Below, one piece after another: positions 9,870-19,436 of a stretch of DNA of 64,000 nt. The stretch covers positions 190 through 64,189 of the forward strand of contig JAJPHZ010000007.1 of NCBI GenBank assembly GCA_021325025.1. The letters are read 5' to 3'. Origin of the DNA: Pseudomonadota bacterium. Its GTDB lineage: Bacteria; Desulfobacterota; Binatia; Binatales; Binataceae. How positions within the stretch are numbered: position 1 is the first letter of the stretch; each line of letters starts with the position of its first letter. A program made the translations under genes and the position numbers. Under the pieces are notes generated by a model. It worked only from the letters and a program-made list of their open reading frames with translations. It made no database searches and was not told the origin of the DNA.

Positions 9870-11600
9870 TTACGCCTCGGCTTCGGCGCCGATGTAGCCT
9901 TCGCGCTCCAGGTGCAGGATGATCTGCTGGGCGGCTTCGTCGGGGCTGAGCTCCGAAGTGTCGATCACCAGCTCGGCATCATCAGGGGATTCGTAGGGAT
10001 CGGAAATGCCGGTGAACTCCTTGACGATGCCGGCGCGCGCCTTGGCGTAAAGGCCCTTGCGGTCGCGCCCTTCGCAGACCTCCAACGGTGTGGCAACGTG
10101 CACCAGCACGAAGCCGCCGCCCTCCTCGACCATCCGGCGCACTTCCTTGCGCACGCTGTCGTAGGGGGCGATGGGCGCGCAGATGGCGATGCCGCCGTTT
10201 TTGGTGATTTCGGCGGCCACGAAGCCGATGCGCCGGATGTTGATGTCGCGATGCTCCTTGGAAAAGCCCAGCTCCGAGGACAGATGCTTGCGCACCAGGT
10301 CGCCGTCAAGCAGCGTCACCGGGCGCCCGCCGATCTCCAGGAACTTGACCAGCAGCGCATTGGCGATCGTCGATTTGCCCGAGCCTGACAGCCCGGTGAA
10401 GAACACGGTGAAGCCCTGGCGATGGCGCGGTGGATAGCTGCGTTTGAGCTCCCTGGCCACTTCGGGAAAAGTGAACCAGTGCGGAATCTCGCGTCCTTCG
10501 TTAAGGCGCCGTCGCAGTTCGGTGCCCGAGATGTTCAGTTCGCGCATGCCCTTGGGAATCTCGTCCTCGGGCACGAAGGTATCGAGCTCCTCGATGTAAA
10601 CCACCATGCGGAAGGGCACCACGCCGACCCCGACTTCGTCCTGATGCTTGAGCAGCAGTTCCTGCGCCTCGTAGGGGCCGTAAAAAGGCTTGCCGCAGGA
10701 ATCCTTGCCCGGCCCGGCGTGGTCGCGGCCGATGATGAAGTCGGTGCATCCGTAATTCTTGCGAATCAGCGCGTGCCAGACCGCTTCGCGCGGTCCGCCC
10801 ATGCGCATCGCCAGCGGCAGCAGCGCCAGCTTCACCGTGCCGTGCGGATAATGGGGCAGCAGCGCCTGGTAACATCTAACCCGCGTGTAGTGATCTACGT
10901 CTCCCGGTTTAGTCATCCCGACCACCGGATGGATCAGCAGGTTGGCTTCCACGCTCTTGGCGGCGCGCAGCGTCAGTTCGGCGTGCGCGCGATGCATCGG
11001 GTTGCGGGTCTGAAACGCGACAATCCGGCGCCATCCAAGCCGCAGAAACTCAGCCCGCAGTTCGGCCGGCGTAAGGCGCAGCGCGCGATAGTCATAATGG
11101 ATGGGCAGTTCCAGTGTCTCCAGCCGTCCGCCCACGTAGCAGGGATGGCTGCGCTGGAGCAGATGGGCCACCCCCGGATGCTCAGGGTTGGTGGTGCCGA
11201 ACACCGACTGCGCTTCCGCCTTGAGGTCGGGCTTCCAGACGTCTTCCACATGCAGCGCCGCCAGCATCACGCCTTCCGGATCGCGCAGCGCCAGGAGGTC
11301 GCCCCGGCTGAGCCTGGCGGCCAGCTCTTCGGGCACATCCAGCGTGATCGGCATCGGCCACAACGTGCCGTCGGTCAGACGCATCCGCTCGCAGACCGAG
11401 TCGTAATCGGCGCGGGTCAGAAACCCGCGCAGCGGCGAAAACCCGCCGTTGGCCAGCAGCTCCAGGTCGCACAGTTGCCGTGGTGTCAGGTCCCACGAAG
11501 GCCAATCCTTGGAGGCCGCTTTCAACTCGGCCGCCCGATCGGGCCCAACGATCAGACTGACAAGAGTGCCGCCGTGCGGAGCGATGAGCGTATGCGCCAT
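9870..11600 (-). CDS. sat/cysC: Bifunctional sulfate adenylyltransferase / adenylylsulfate kinase
   Basis: ATP sulfurylase core (AFQTRNPMHRAH, GRDHAG). C-terminal APS kinase P-loop (FTGLSGSGKST). Confidence 0.85.
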   Translation of the reverse strand: MAHTLIAPHGGTLVSLIVGPDRAAELKAASKDWPSWDLTPRQLCDLELLANGGFSPLRGFLTRADYDSVCERMRLTDGTLWPMPITLDVPEELAARLSRGDLLALRDPEGVMLAALHVEDVWKPDLKAEAQSVFGTTNPEHPGVAHLLQRSHPCYVGGRLETLELPIHYDYRALRLTPAELRAEFLRLGWRRIVAFQTRNPMHRAHAELTLRAAKSVEANLLIHPVVGMTKPGDVDHYTRVRCYQALLPHYPHGTVKLALLPLAMRMGGPREAVWHALIRKNYGCTDFIIGRDHAGPGKDSCGKPFYGPYEAQELLLKHQDEVGVGVVPFRMVVYIEELDTFVPEDEIPKGMRELNISGTELRRRLNEGREIPHWFTFPEVARELKRSYPPRHRQGFTVFFTGLSGSGKSTIANALLVKFLEIGGRPVTLLDGDLVRKHLSSELGFSKEHRDINIRRIGFVAAEITKNGGIAICAPIAPYDSVRKEVRRMVEEGGGFVLVHVATPLEVCEGRDRKGLYAKARAGIVKEFTGISDPYESPDDAELVIDTSELSPDEAAQQIILHLEREGYIGAEAEA

Positions 11601-11804
11601 GAACAGATCCTCTTATGCTTTGTCGAAGTTGATCCGGCCTCTACGGCCGCGGACCACCTGAAGCTGCACGATTGTAGCCCGAATCTCCCGGCCAAACGAG
11701 AAGCGGGGTGGCCGGCCGAAGCCGGACCGCAAAGCCGGCGCCGCGCCTGCAGCTCCCCGGTGTGAGCAGGGCTGCCCGGGGAGAACCGGGCAGCCCGCTT
11801 GCTT

Positions 11805-13220
11805 TTACACCCGAATCGATTCGTCGCGTTTGGGCGCGCGCTTGAGTGCTTCCCAATCCACCAGCGGTTCGTATTTGGTGCCGACCACGAATGGGCGCGA
11901 GCCAGGCTCGCGCTCGAACGGGTCGACGATACCCAACTCCTTGGCGTACTCGCGCAATTCCGGCAGGATTTCCTGGCCCATCAGCCGCATGCTGTTGAGC
12001 CGCTGCTCCTTGGTCAGCGGACCCTGGGCCTGGAACAGCCCCAACACACCCGGACGCAGCACCTCCATGATCAACTTCAGTTTGGGCAGGACGGATTTGG
12101 GCGTGCCGATAATGATCTGAAATCCGGCCTGCGCCTTGCCGTAATTGGCCAGAATCTTGGCCTTGGCCTCCTCGATGCCGATCTCGCCGCGCGCCAACCG
12201 ATGGCGGGTGTCGGCCTGGCGCTTCTCCGCACGCCGTCTTGCGCGCTCCTCGGGCGATTCCTCCTCGCGCGAGCGTTTGAGCGTCTCGGAGGTGATGCCC
12301 AAAAAGCCGTAGTCGCTCTGCGACTGGAACAGGCGGCGATTAGCCTCCTTGGAGTTGTAGCCCGGCGGCAGGGTCCATTCCGGACGCGAGAAGTTGGCAC
12401 CGCCGCCGCCGAACAGCGCCGCCTTGCCCTGCTCCTGCGCCTCCTCTTCGGTGTCGGCCAGATGGACCTGTTGCAGGTAGCCGAAGTTCTCGCTGCCTGC
12501 CTGATAGCCGTGCTCGGCGGCGACCTTGCCGTAGAGGTTCCACAGGTCGACGGTCAGATGCAGCGAGGTGCCCAACCCGATGTAGGGATACTTGCGCTCC
12601 GCGCACCAGGTTACGGTCTCGCCGCTGATGATGCCGGGAATCCAGATCGGCGGACGCGGCTTTTGATACGGCAGCGTCCACGGATTGACGAAGCGATAGG
12701 TGAAGTGCTTGCCCTCCCATCGGAACGGACCCGGCCGCGTCCAGCACGCCAGCACCAGGTCGTGTGCCTCGTTGAAGTACTCGCGATTGTAGGCGGGGTT
12801 GGCGTTGTGGAAGACCTGCTCGCTGCCCGCGCCCCGCACCCATCCGGGGACCAGGCGGCCGTGCGAAATCAGGTCGATGGTGGCCAACTCCTCGGCCAGG
12901 CGCACCGGATTCTTGACGATCGGCAGCGGATTACCCAGCAGCACGATGCGCACCTTCCTGGTGATGCGCGCCAGGATCGCCGCCTCCACGTCCATCACGC
13001 CGCCCATGCAAAAGGGCGTGCCGTGATGCTCGTTGAGCATCACCCCGTCAAATCCCAGTTCCTCGGCGTAGACCGCCTCGTCGAGATACTCGTTGTAAAG
13101 GCGCGCGCCGACCTCGCGGTCGAAGTACTGGTTGGGGGTGCCGAAAAAGCTGCGGCTGCGGATGATTTCTTCTTCGGGAACCTCGCGGTAGGGACGCTCG
13201 GTGAAATACATTATGAACAT
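11805..13220 (-). CDS. LLM-class (luciferase-like) flavin-dependent oxidoreductase
   Basis: GFDGVMLNEHHGTPF... TIM-barrel LLM signature. 20 bp downstream of the alpha/beta hydrolase on the same strand, so probably an operon. Confidence 0.7.
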   Translation of the reverse strand: MFIMYFTERPYREVPEEEIIRSRSFFGTPNQYFDREVGARLYNEYLDEAVYAEELGFDGVMLNEHHGTPFCMGGVMDVEAAILARITRKVRIVLLGNPLPIVKNPVRLAEELATIDLISHGRLVPGWVRGAGSEQVFHNANPAYNREYFNEAHDLVLACWTRPGPFRWEGKHFTYRFVNPWTLPYQKPRPPIWIPGIISGETVTWCAERKYPYIGLGTSLHLTVDLWNLYGKVAAEHGYQAGSENFGYLQQVHLADTEEEAQEQGKAALFGGGGANFSRPEWTLPPGYNSKEANRRLFQSQSDYGFLGITSETLKRSREEESPEERARRRAEKRQADTRHRLARGEIGIEEAKAKILANYGKAQAGFQIIIGTPKSVLPKLKLIMEVLRPGVLGLFQAQGPLTKEQRLNSMRLMGQEILPELREYAKELGIVDPFEREPGSRPFVVGTKYEPLVDWEALKRAPKRDESIRV

Positions 13221-13240
13221 GACGGTCTCCTTTTAGCCGG

Positions 13241-14035
13241 TCAGGCGAGAAACTCGCGCACCGTCTTTAAAAACTGCTCTCGCTGTTCGATTTCGGGCCG
13301 ATGACCGCAATGGTCGAACACCGCAACCCTGACCTCGGTATTGGCCAGCGCTTTCTGGTATGCGGCGGCGGCGCTGACCGGCACCACCCGGTCCTCGCGT
13401 CCCCAGATGAGCTGCACCGGAAGATTCCGCACACCCTGCAAAAGGTAGGGAAGACTGGGATTGTTGAGGATTGGCTCCCAGGCCAGCCGTGCGGTTTCGG
13501 CGCGCGCGTCCTCAAACGCTTCCATGCGCGACGCCGAGCGCTCGCCGCCGCCGTACAGGCTGTTGAATTCCGGCGTCGCGTCGCGGTCATAGACGGTGGC
13601 GTTGAGCTGCGAGCCGATCGTGACGCAGAAGATGTCCATGATTTCGCCTTCGGGCGGCCGGATGCCCATCGGCGCCACCAGCACCATCTTGCGGAACTGG
13701 CCGGCGTTGGCGGTCGCCATCTCCGCGGCCGTCCACGCGCCGAAGGAGAAGCCGATCACATCGATCGGCGCCAGCCCCAGGTCGCGCAGCACCCATCCGT
13801 AGAACAAGCCCAACTGATGCACCGTCCTGATGTCATCGACCCGGGGCGAATTGCCCATCCCGGGCTGGATGGGAATGATCAGGGTGCGCTCTTCGGCCAA
13901 CGCGTCGTGCCAGTTGAGCCATCCGGGATGCCCAAGCTCTTCGTGCAGCACCAGCAACGGCTTGCCGCGCCCGCCTTTGATTATTGCGAGGTCGGTCCCC
14001 GCCACGCGGGTGACTTCCTCTTTCCATTCTGCCAT
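13241..14035 (-). CDS. Alpha/beta-fold hydrolase (paralog of 42464..43255)
   Basis: GGAGG RBS before ATG at 14035. Nucleophile elbow GFSFGAW and C-terminal DHCGHRPE. Start chosen by alignment with the paralog (MAEWKEEVTRVAGTDL vs MASEWRQEKVHVAGADL). Confidence 0.7.
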   Translation of the reverse strand: MAEWKEEVTRVAGTDLAIIKGGRGKPLLVLHEELGHPGWLNWHDALAEERTLIIPIQPGMGNSPRVDDIRTVHQLGLFYGWVLRDLGLAPIDVIGFSFGAWTAAEMATANAGQFRKMVLVAPMGIRPPEGEIMDIFCVTIGSQLNATVYDRDATPEFNSLYGGGERSASRMEAFEDARAETARLAWEPILNNPSLPYLLQGVRNLPVQLIWGREDRVVPVSAAAAYQKALANTEVRVAVFDHCGHRPEIEQREQFLKTVREFLA

Positions 14036-14215
14036 CTGATGAAGGACCTCCGTTTTCGATCGCCGCGCAGAAACAGGCTCTGACGCCGCGTTGTTCAAGA
14101 GCTGGTACTTCACCTTTATACTTGGCTGCGCTCTTTTCGGCCAGCCATCGCCGCCGGCGCGCCGCTTGGCAGGCGGGGCCGTTGCGGACTAAGAAATCCA
14201 CGGAGGTAACAGGCG

Positions 14216-14977
14216 ATGGCAAAGAGCGAGCGTGTAGCGATCGTAACCGGAGCGGCGCGGCCGTGGGGACTGGGGCGATGCACCGCGCTGGGCCTGGCGG
14301 CCAAGGGCTTCGATATCGCGGTGGTGGACATGAGGGATGATTGGGGCGAGGAGGCGGCAGCCGCCATCAGAAGAGAGAAGGAAACCAAAGCGGCCTATGT
14401 GAAAACCGACCTGCGCCAGCGCAGCGACGTCGAAGCGATGGTGGCGCGGGTGATCCGCGAGTTCGGGCGAATCGACGTGCTCGCCAACGTGGCCGCAATC
14501 TGTCCCAGCGAGCGCATCGAAGACCTGAAGGAAGAGACCTACGAGCAGGTCTTCCGTACCAACTTCCTGGGCACCGCGTTTACCTGTCAGGCGGTGCTCA
14601 AGCAGATGCGCGCGCAAAAGGGCGGACACATCGTCAATACCGCGTCGGGCGGCGCGATCACACCCTACGCAGGCCTGGCACTGTACGGCGCCGCCAAGGC
14701 CGCCGTGATTCAATTCAGCAAGGTGCTGGCGTTCGAAGAGGCGAAAAACGGCATCGTGGTGACCGTCGTCGCGCCCGGCCCGATGCATACCGCGATGGGG
14801 CGCGAGTCGGGTCCCACCGAGGAAGATCTGAAGCAACTGGGTCAAACGATGCCGCTGGGCCGTCCCTGCTATCCCGAAGAAGTCGCCGAGGTAATCGTGT
14901 TTGCCGCCACCAACTCCAGCAACGTGCTGACCGGCCAGACCCTGCATGCGCGCGGCGGCGCCTTGCCGATGGTGTGA
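14216..14977 (+). CDS. SDR-family oxidoreductase
   Basis: Rossmann motif VAIVTGAARPWGLG. Catalytic YGAAK. NVAA / PGPMHT motifs. Confidence 0.8.
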   Translation: MAKSERVAIVTGAARPWGLGRCTALGLAAKGFDIAVVDMRDDWGEEAAAAIRREKETKAAYVKTDLRQRSDVEAMVARVIREFGRIDVLANVAAICPSERIEDLKEETYEQVFRTNFLGTAFTCQAVLKQMRAQKGGHIVNTASGGAITPYAGLALYGAAKAAVIQFSKVLAFEEAKNGIVVTVVAPGPMHTAMGRESGPTEEDLKQLGQTMPLGRPCYPEEVAEVIVFAATNSSNVLTGQTLHARGGALPMV

Positions 14978-15012
14978 TTCGACGCTGCTGCAATCTACCG
15001 CCGGACAGGAAA

Positions 15013-15489
15013 TCAGGCCCGCTTGATTTCCAGGAACTCGACGAACGTGCCGTCAGGGTCCTTGATGAAGGCGAAGCGGGTCGTGCCCCAACTCAGATGC
15101 AGCGTTTCGGGGCCATAGGTGACTGCGATGCCCTTGGCGCGCACGTCGGCGAGTTCCTGGTCGAGGTCGTCGACCAGAAACGAGATACGCACCACTCCGG
15201 CCTGATTGAACTTCGGCGGTGAGGCGGGCGCGGCCAGCTTGCCCGGCTTCCAGACGCCGACCTCCAGATGATAGTCGTCGTCAGGCAACCGCAGCATCAC
15301 GAATTCGTCGGCGTCGCCCAGCGGGTCGGCGCCCATTTTCGCGGCGAAATCGCTGACCGGATTGACGGGGGCTCCCGCCCTTTGCTTGAAACCGGGATCC
15401 TCGACGAAGCCCAGCTTTTTGTAGAACTCCACACAGGCCCCGGGATCCCCGGTATTGAGCTGATTGAGGAACATCCTTTTGGCCATTGC
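15013..15489 (-). CDS. VOC-family (glyoxalase/bleomycin-resistance fold) protein
   Basis: Two beta-alpha-beta-beta-beta modules. HLEVGV...FIKDPDGTFVEFLE. Confidence 0.55.
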   Translation of the reverse strand, partial: AMAKRMFLNQLNTGDPGACVEFYKKLGFVEDPGFKQRAGAPVNPVSDFAAKMGADPLGDADEFVMLRLPDDDYHLEVGVWKPGKLAAPASPPKFNQAGVVRISFLVDDLDQELADVRAKGIAVTYGPETLHLSWGTTRFAFIKDPDGTFVEFLEIKRA

Positions 15490-15636
15490 TGTGTCTCCTC
15501 GTTCGCCTGACGATCGACCTGTCCGCCGGTACCGGCGGCGCAACCCGCGCCCCTTTCAAACCGGCCCCGCTTTGGTATGCTCGCAACGTCAGCATCAGGT
15601 GGGACGAAACGTAACCGATTTTGGAGGTTTGCCGCT

Positions 15637-16710
15637 ATGAAAGTCGGCGCGTCGATATTCTGCCAGAACTTTTACCGCACCCAGCGTCCCGACCCCGACA
15701 TCTACCGCGAGGACCTCGCGCTGGCCGATCTGGCCGAGCCGCTGGGCTTCGATTCCCTGTGGGCGGTCGAGCATCACTTCTCGCCCTACACCATGATCCC
15801 CGACGTCACCCAGTTCCTGTCCTACCTGTGCGGACGTACCAAGCGAATCGGTCTGGCCACGATGGTGATCGTGCTGCCCTGGCATGACCCGGTGCGGGTG
15901 GCGGAAGAAATCGCGATGCTCGATCTGTTCGCGCGCGACCGCGAACTGACCCTGGGCTTCGGGCGCGGCAGCGGCCGCATCGAGTACGAAGGCTTGCGCA
16001 TCCCGATGAGCGAGTCGCGCGAGCGTTTTGCCGAAGCCGCCGAAATCGTCAAGCTGGCGCTGACCCAGGAGCGGTTTTCATTTAACGGCCAGTTCTACAA
16101 GGTCCCGGAGATGACCATCCGCCCGCGGCCGCTGCACAACAACCTGACCGAACGCTTTTACGGCGCGATCGTCAGCCCAGAAAGCGGCGAAATCATGGCC
16201 AGGGCGGGCATGGGGATGCTGATCATCCCGCAAAAGCCCTGGAGCGAGCATGCCAAGGATTATCAGAGCTACCTGGGGTCGTGCCGCAAGTTCGGCCAGC
16301 CGGGCAAGCGTCCCATCGCGGTGACCTGGGTGTACTGCGCCAAGGATGAAAAGAGTGCCGAAATCGGCCGCGACAAGTGGATGGCCAACTACGGCGAGTC
16401 AGCGCTGGTGCACTACGAGTACAACGATCCGCAGCACTTCAAGGCCACCAAGGGCTATGAGTTCCACGCCAAAATGGCGGAGGCGATGTCATCGGGCAAA
16501 GGCGGCGACGCGACGCTGTTGGGCCGCACGCAATGCTTCGGCACGCCTGAGCGATGCCTGGAAGTGCTGCGCGAGATCAAGCAGACGGTCGATGCCGAGG
16601 AGTTTGTCGGGGTGTTCAAGTACGGCGGGATGCCGCTGGAAGAGGCAGAGCGTTCCATGAAGCTGTTCGCTGCTGAAGTGCTGCCCAAAGTCCACGCCGA
16701 GAATTTCTAG
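15637..16710 (+). CDS. LLM-class flavin-dependent oxidoreductase
   Basis: GGAGG RBS. MKVGASIFCQN...GFDSLWAVEHHFS, typical LLM N-terminus. Confidence 0.75.
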   Translation: MKVGASIFCQNFYRTQRPDPDIYREDLALADLAEPLGFDSLWAVEHHFSPYTMIPDVTQFLSYLCGRTKRIGLATMVIVLPWHDPVRVAEEIAMLDLFARDRELTLGFGRGSGRIEYEGLRIPMSESRERFAEAAEIVKLALTQERFSFNGQFYKVPEMTIRPRPLHNNLTERFYGAIVSPESGEIMARAGMGMLIIPQKPWSEHAKDYQSYLGSCRKFGQPGKRPIAVTWVYCAKDEKSAEIGRDKWMANYGESALVHYEYNDPQHFKATKGYEFHAKMAEAMSSGKGGDATLLGRTQCFGTPERCLEVLREIKQTVDAEEFVGVFKYGGMPLEEAERSMKLFAAEVLPKVHAENF

Positions 16711-16832
16711 CCGGACTCCGGCCGGCGATAGCGCACACCGCCAGCCCGCGATTGCGCCCCGGCGGTGTTCGAAACTGGCGCCCGAAGCCACCGCAGGCTG
16801 AATGGTGCGGCTGCGGGTCGGCCCGACACTCG

Positions 16833-17270
16833 CTATTGCGCTTTGCCTCTGACGGTCAGCACCGGACAAGGAGATTCGCGCACGACCCGCTCGGCGACGC
16901 TGCCCAAAAAGAAGCGGCTGACTCCCTTGCGCCCGTGCGTCGCCATCACGATCGAATCGGCGCCTACGTCGGCGACGGTCCTGATGATGACATGCGCCGG
17001 GTCCCCGCTCAGTGCCAGCATCTCGTACCTCACCTTGCCCGCCAGATGGGTCTCGGCCAGTTCCCGAAGTCGAGCCCGTGCGTCGTGCTCAGTCTGCGGA
17101 AACGGCTCCAACGGAATCGGGCTTACCGGCACCGGCGGTGTGGGCACTACATGCAGCAGGTAGATGACGGCGTCCTTGTCCTGGGCCAGCGTGCGCGCCA
17201 CTTCAAGGGCGGCAATAGAGTTTTCGTCAAAGCTGACCGGACACAGAATTTTGTTGAATAGTTTCTTCAT
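16833..17270 (-). CDS. Universal stress protein (UspA family)
   Basis: ILCPVSFDENS...DAVIYLLHVV...GADSIVMATHGRKG...GSVAERVVRESPCPVLTV. Confidence 0.8.
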   Translation of the reverse strand: MKKLFNKILCPVSFDENSIAALEVARTLAQDKDAVIYLLHVVPTPPVPVSPIPLEPFPQTEHDARARLRELAETHLAGKVRYEMLALSGDPAHVIIRTVADVGADSIVMATHGRKGVSRFFLGSVAERVVRESPCPVLTVRGKAQ

Positions 17271-17278
17271 GATGTGTC

Positions 17279-17857
17279 CTATCGTCGGGCTGGTTTCGCG
17301 GCCCGTGTCCTGGGTTTCCTTTTGGCCGCGCCCGGGCGGATCCGTTCCGCCCTGGGTATGGCAAACTCTTCCTCGCCGCTGGGCACCGGAACAAACTCGT
17401 CGTGTGACGTCTCGGTGGTTTCACTCATCTCTTCGGGCAGTTCCCACTGATGGATGAACGGTTCATCAATCCAGGGTTTGCCCGACCGCGTCAGGTGGTT
17501 GCGCTTTCTCTGACAATCGACACAGTAGCCGGCAAAGGGCAGGGCCTTGAGGCGCTCTAGCGGAATCTCTTCGCCGCATTGCGCGCAGATTCCGTAGCGG
17601 CCATGTTCGAGGCGATCGAAGGCAAAATCGATCGCCTTGAGCCGGTCTTCAACGCGTTCGATCAGGCTGGCGTGGGTTTCGAGGTCGGCCAACGAGCGCG
17701 CCACGTCCATCTCATCGCCCGGTGGCGGCGTCACCTCCTGATCCTGGTCGCGCCGGTATTCCCGCACGCGCGCCAGCGCCAGATTGCGTTCGTGGTTGAG
17801 AATCGCGCGCAGTGACTCGCGCCGCCCGACTTCCGATGGCTGTTGTTCTGTGGTCAT
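17279..17857 (-). CDS. DksA/TraR-family C4 zinc-finger protein with a roughly 70-aa basic/acidic C-terminal extension (alternative start at 17911)
   Basis: CAQCGEEIPLERLKALPFAGYCVDCQ zinc finger preceded by coiled-coil. 8 bp upstream of usp, same strand. Confidence 0.65.
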   Translation of the reverse strand: MTTEQQPSEVGRRESLRAILNHERNLALARVREYRRDQDQEVTPPPGDEMDVARSLADLETHASLIERVEDRLKAIDFAFDRLEHGRYGICAQCGEEIPLERLKALPFAGYCVDCQRKRNHLTRSGKPWIDEPFIHQWELPEEMSETTETSHDEFVPVPSGEEEFAIPRAERIRPGAAKRKPRTRAAKPARR

Positions 17858-18108
17858 ATTCCGCACCTGCTCAGGGTATAGCCCCGCCAGGAGCATTTGA
17901 GCACCAACCATGCCAGAGCGGCGCTTGTCCGTGCGGCTGGGGCATCAAAGCTTGCCGTCGCGCGAGCCAACCAAAGATGGTTCGAATCGCGACACCATAG
18001 GGGGTGCTGTTTCCTCCGGCATCACCGTCGCGCTGGTGCGGGAGTGAATCTTCCCGGAACTTGTGGCATGAGATTAGCTTGGATAGATGCTGGAAGGCGG
18101 TAGAGACG

Positions 18109-18681
18109 ATGCCAGGAATGATTCGAGAATCCAAGAAATCCAAAGGACTGATCCGCGCCCTCAACCGCGCTGCGGTGCGCGACGACAAAAGCCCCGCCGT
18201 CGTGCGCAAGGCGCGGGTCCCCAAAGATCCGTCGATTTGTGAGCGCTGCGGCGCGATTTATGAACGCAAGACATGGCGCAGCGACCGCAAGGTGACCGAG
18301 CAACTCGCCAAGGCGGCGGATTGGACGGTCTGTCCGGCCTGCGAGCAGGTCAGCCGACAGGAAGGTCAGGGCCGCGTGATACTGTTGGGCTCTGGGGTCG
18401 CCGCCAACCGCGACTTGATTCGCCGCCGCATGGACAACGTCGCCAAACGCGCCGCCGCGACTCAGCCCGAACGGCGCATCACTTCCGTGGACGAACTGGG
18501 GCCCACCGGCGAAGAGGGGCTCGAAGTGCTGACCACCTCGCAAAAGCTGGCCCATCGCATCGTGCATGAATTGAGGAAACTGTTCGGGGGCAGTGCCACT
18601 TATAGCTGGCAGGACGACGGCACGTTGTACGCCGAATGGCGCTACGATCTGCCCAAGCCAAAGGCCAAAAAGCGCGCCTAG
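18109..18681 (+). CDS. Hypothetical zinc-ribbon protein (CxxC...CxxC)
   Basis: ICERCGAIYERK...TVCPACEQ. No recognisable family. Followed by a strong intrinsic terminator. Confidence 0.45.
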   Translation: MPGMIRESKKSKGLIRALNRAAVRDDKSPAVVRKARVPKDPSICERCGAIYERKTWRSDRKVTEQLAKAADWTVCPACEQVSRQEGQGRVILLGSGVAANRDLIRRRMDNVAKRAAATQPERRITSVDELGPTGEEGLEVLTTSQKLAHRIVHELRKLFGGSATYSWQDDGTLYAEWRYDLPKPKAKKRA

Positions 18682-18795
18682 CAGAAGGCGAACATAACGA
18701 GCCGGGACCTTAGGTCAGATGCGTGCGTTCCGTACTGTAAAAGACGGCCGCTTGCCTTAAATTCTCCCCTTCCAGGAGATATTAGAACGAGGCGA

Positions 18796-18837
18796 GCAGG
18801 TTGCGGAAAATCCTTTTTCCGCAACCTGCCGGTTTTT
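18796..18837 (+). terminator. Rho-independent terminator (15-bp perfect stem gcaggttgcggaaaa / ttttccgcaacctgc, 4-nt loop, followed by ggttttt)
   Basis: Read directly. GC-rich stem plus T-run on the plus strand downstream of 18109..18681. Confidence 0.65.
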
Positions 18838-18942
18838 CAACCCACCAAAGCGGCAACGTCTGGATGCGAGGCACCTGCCTGGCGACCGGGCCTGCTGCGT
18901 CATCTTGCGGCCGACCGTTTGAGAGGCGGCAAGTGCCGAGGG

Positions 18943-19191
18943 CTATTCTTCTTCCTCCTCCTCTTCGTAATCTTCATCGATACCTTCGGCGGCGTCGAGC
19001 AGTTCCACGATTTCCTCCAGGCTTTCGGACACCATAACGCTCTCCTCCGCTCCGAAATGGAGCACGCTGCCCGTTCCGTCAGCGTCGTAGGGCTCCATCC
19101 ACAGCGCCCGCTCCAGGTTCACCAGGCCGGCCCGGCCCTCGGAATCCGGATCGGCGAGGTCCTTAAGTGTGAGTTGCACCCACAAGCTCAT
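18943..19191 (-). CDS. Small acidic hypothetical protein (82 aa, C-terminal DEDYEEEEEEE tail)
   Basis: AAGGAG RBS 8 nt before ATG. Preferred over the antisense ORF 18919..19221, which has an F/L-rich composition. Confidence 0.5.
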   Translation of the reverse strand: MSLWVQLTLKDLADPDSEGRAGLVNLERALWMEPYDADGTGSVLHFGAEESVMVSESLEEIVELLDAAEGIDEDYEEEEEEE

Positions 19192-19436
19192 TTATCATCT
19201 CCTTGTGCTTATCTTTTTTGACCGAATTTCCTCACGACCCGGCGGCTAGTCCGTGGCGCCCGAGTAGCACGTGCCCGGTGAGCTGAACCGCCCAACCCAA
19301 TAATGCATCAGCCGTGCCCGCTTCGCGTCCGCAATCGGGCGCGGCGCACGACCCTTCTATCCTGACTGGACCAGCGCGCGGTTGCCAGTGGTCGCCGATC
19401 GGTGCTTTGCTGCGTCAGCCACATTGGACGGCCGAC

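Noticed and set aside
10422-11765. 447-aa ORF antisense to sat/cysC
   Set aside because: Shadow ORF. The minus-strand sat/cysC call is supported by two catalytic motifs.
11799-13304. 501-aa ORF antisense to the LLM oxidoreductase and hydrolase
   Set aside because: Low-complexity, no start context. The opposite strand carries two well-supported genes.
18919-19221. Plus-strand 100-aa ORF overlapping the acidic small protein
   Set aside because: Phe/Leu-rich translation without RBS. The minus-strand ORF has AAGGAG at ideal spacing.
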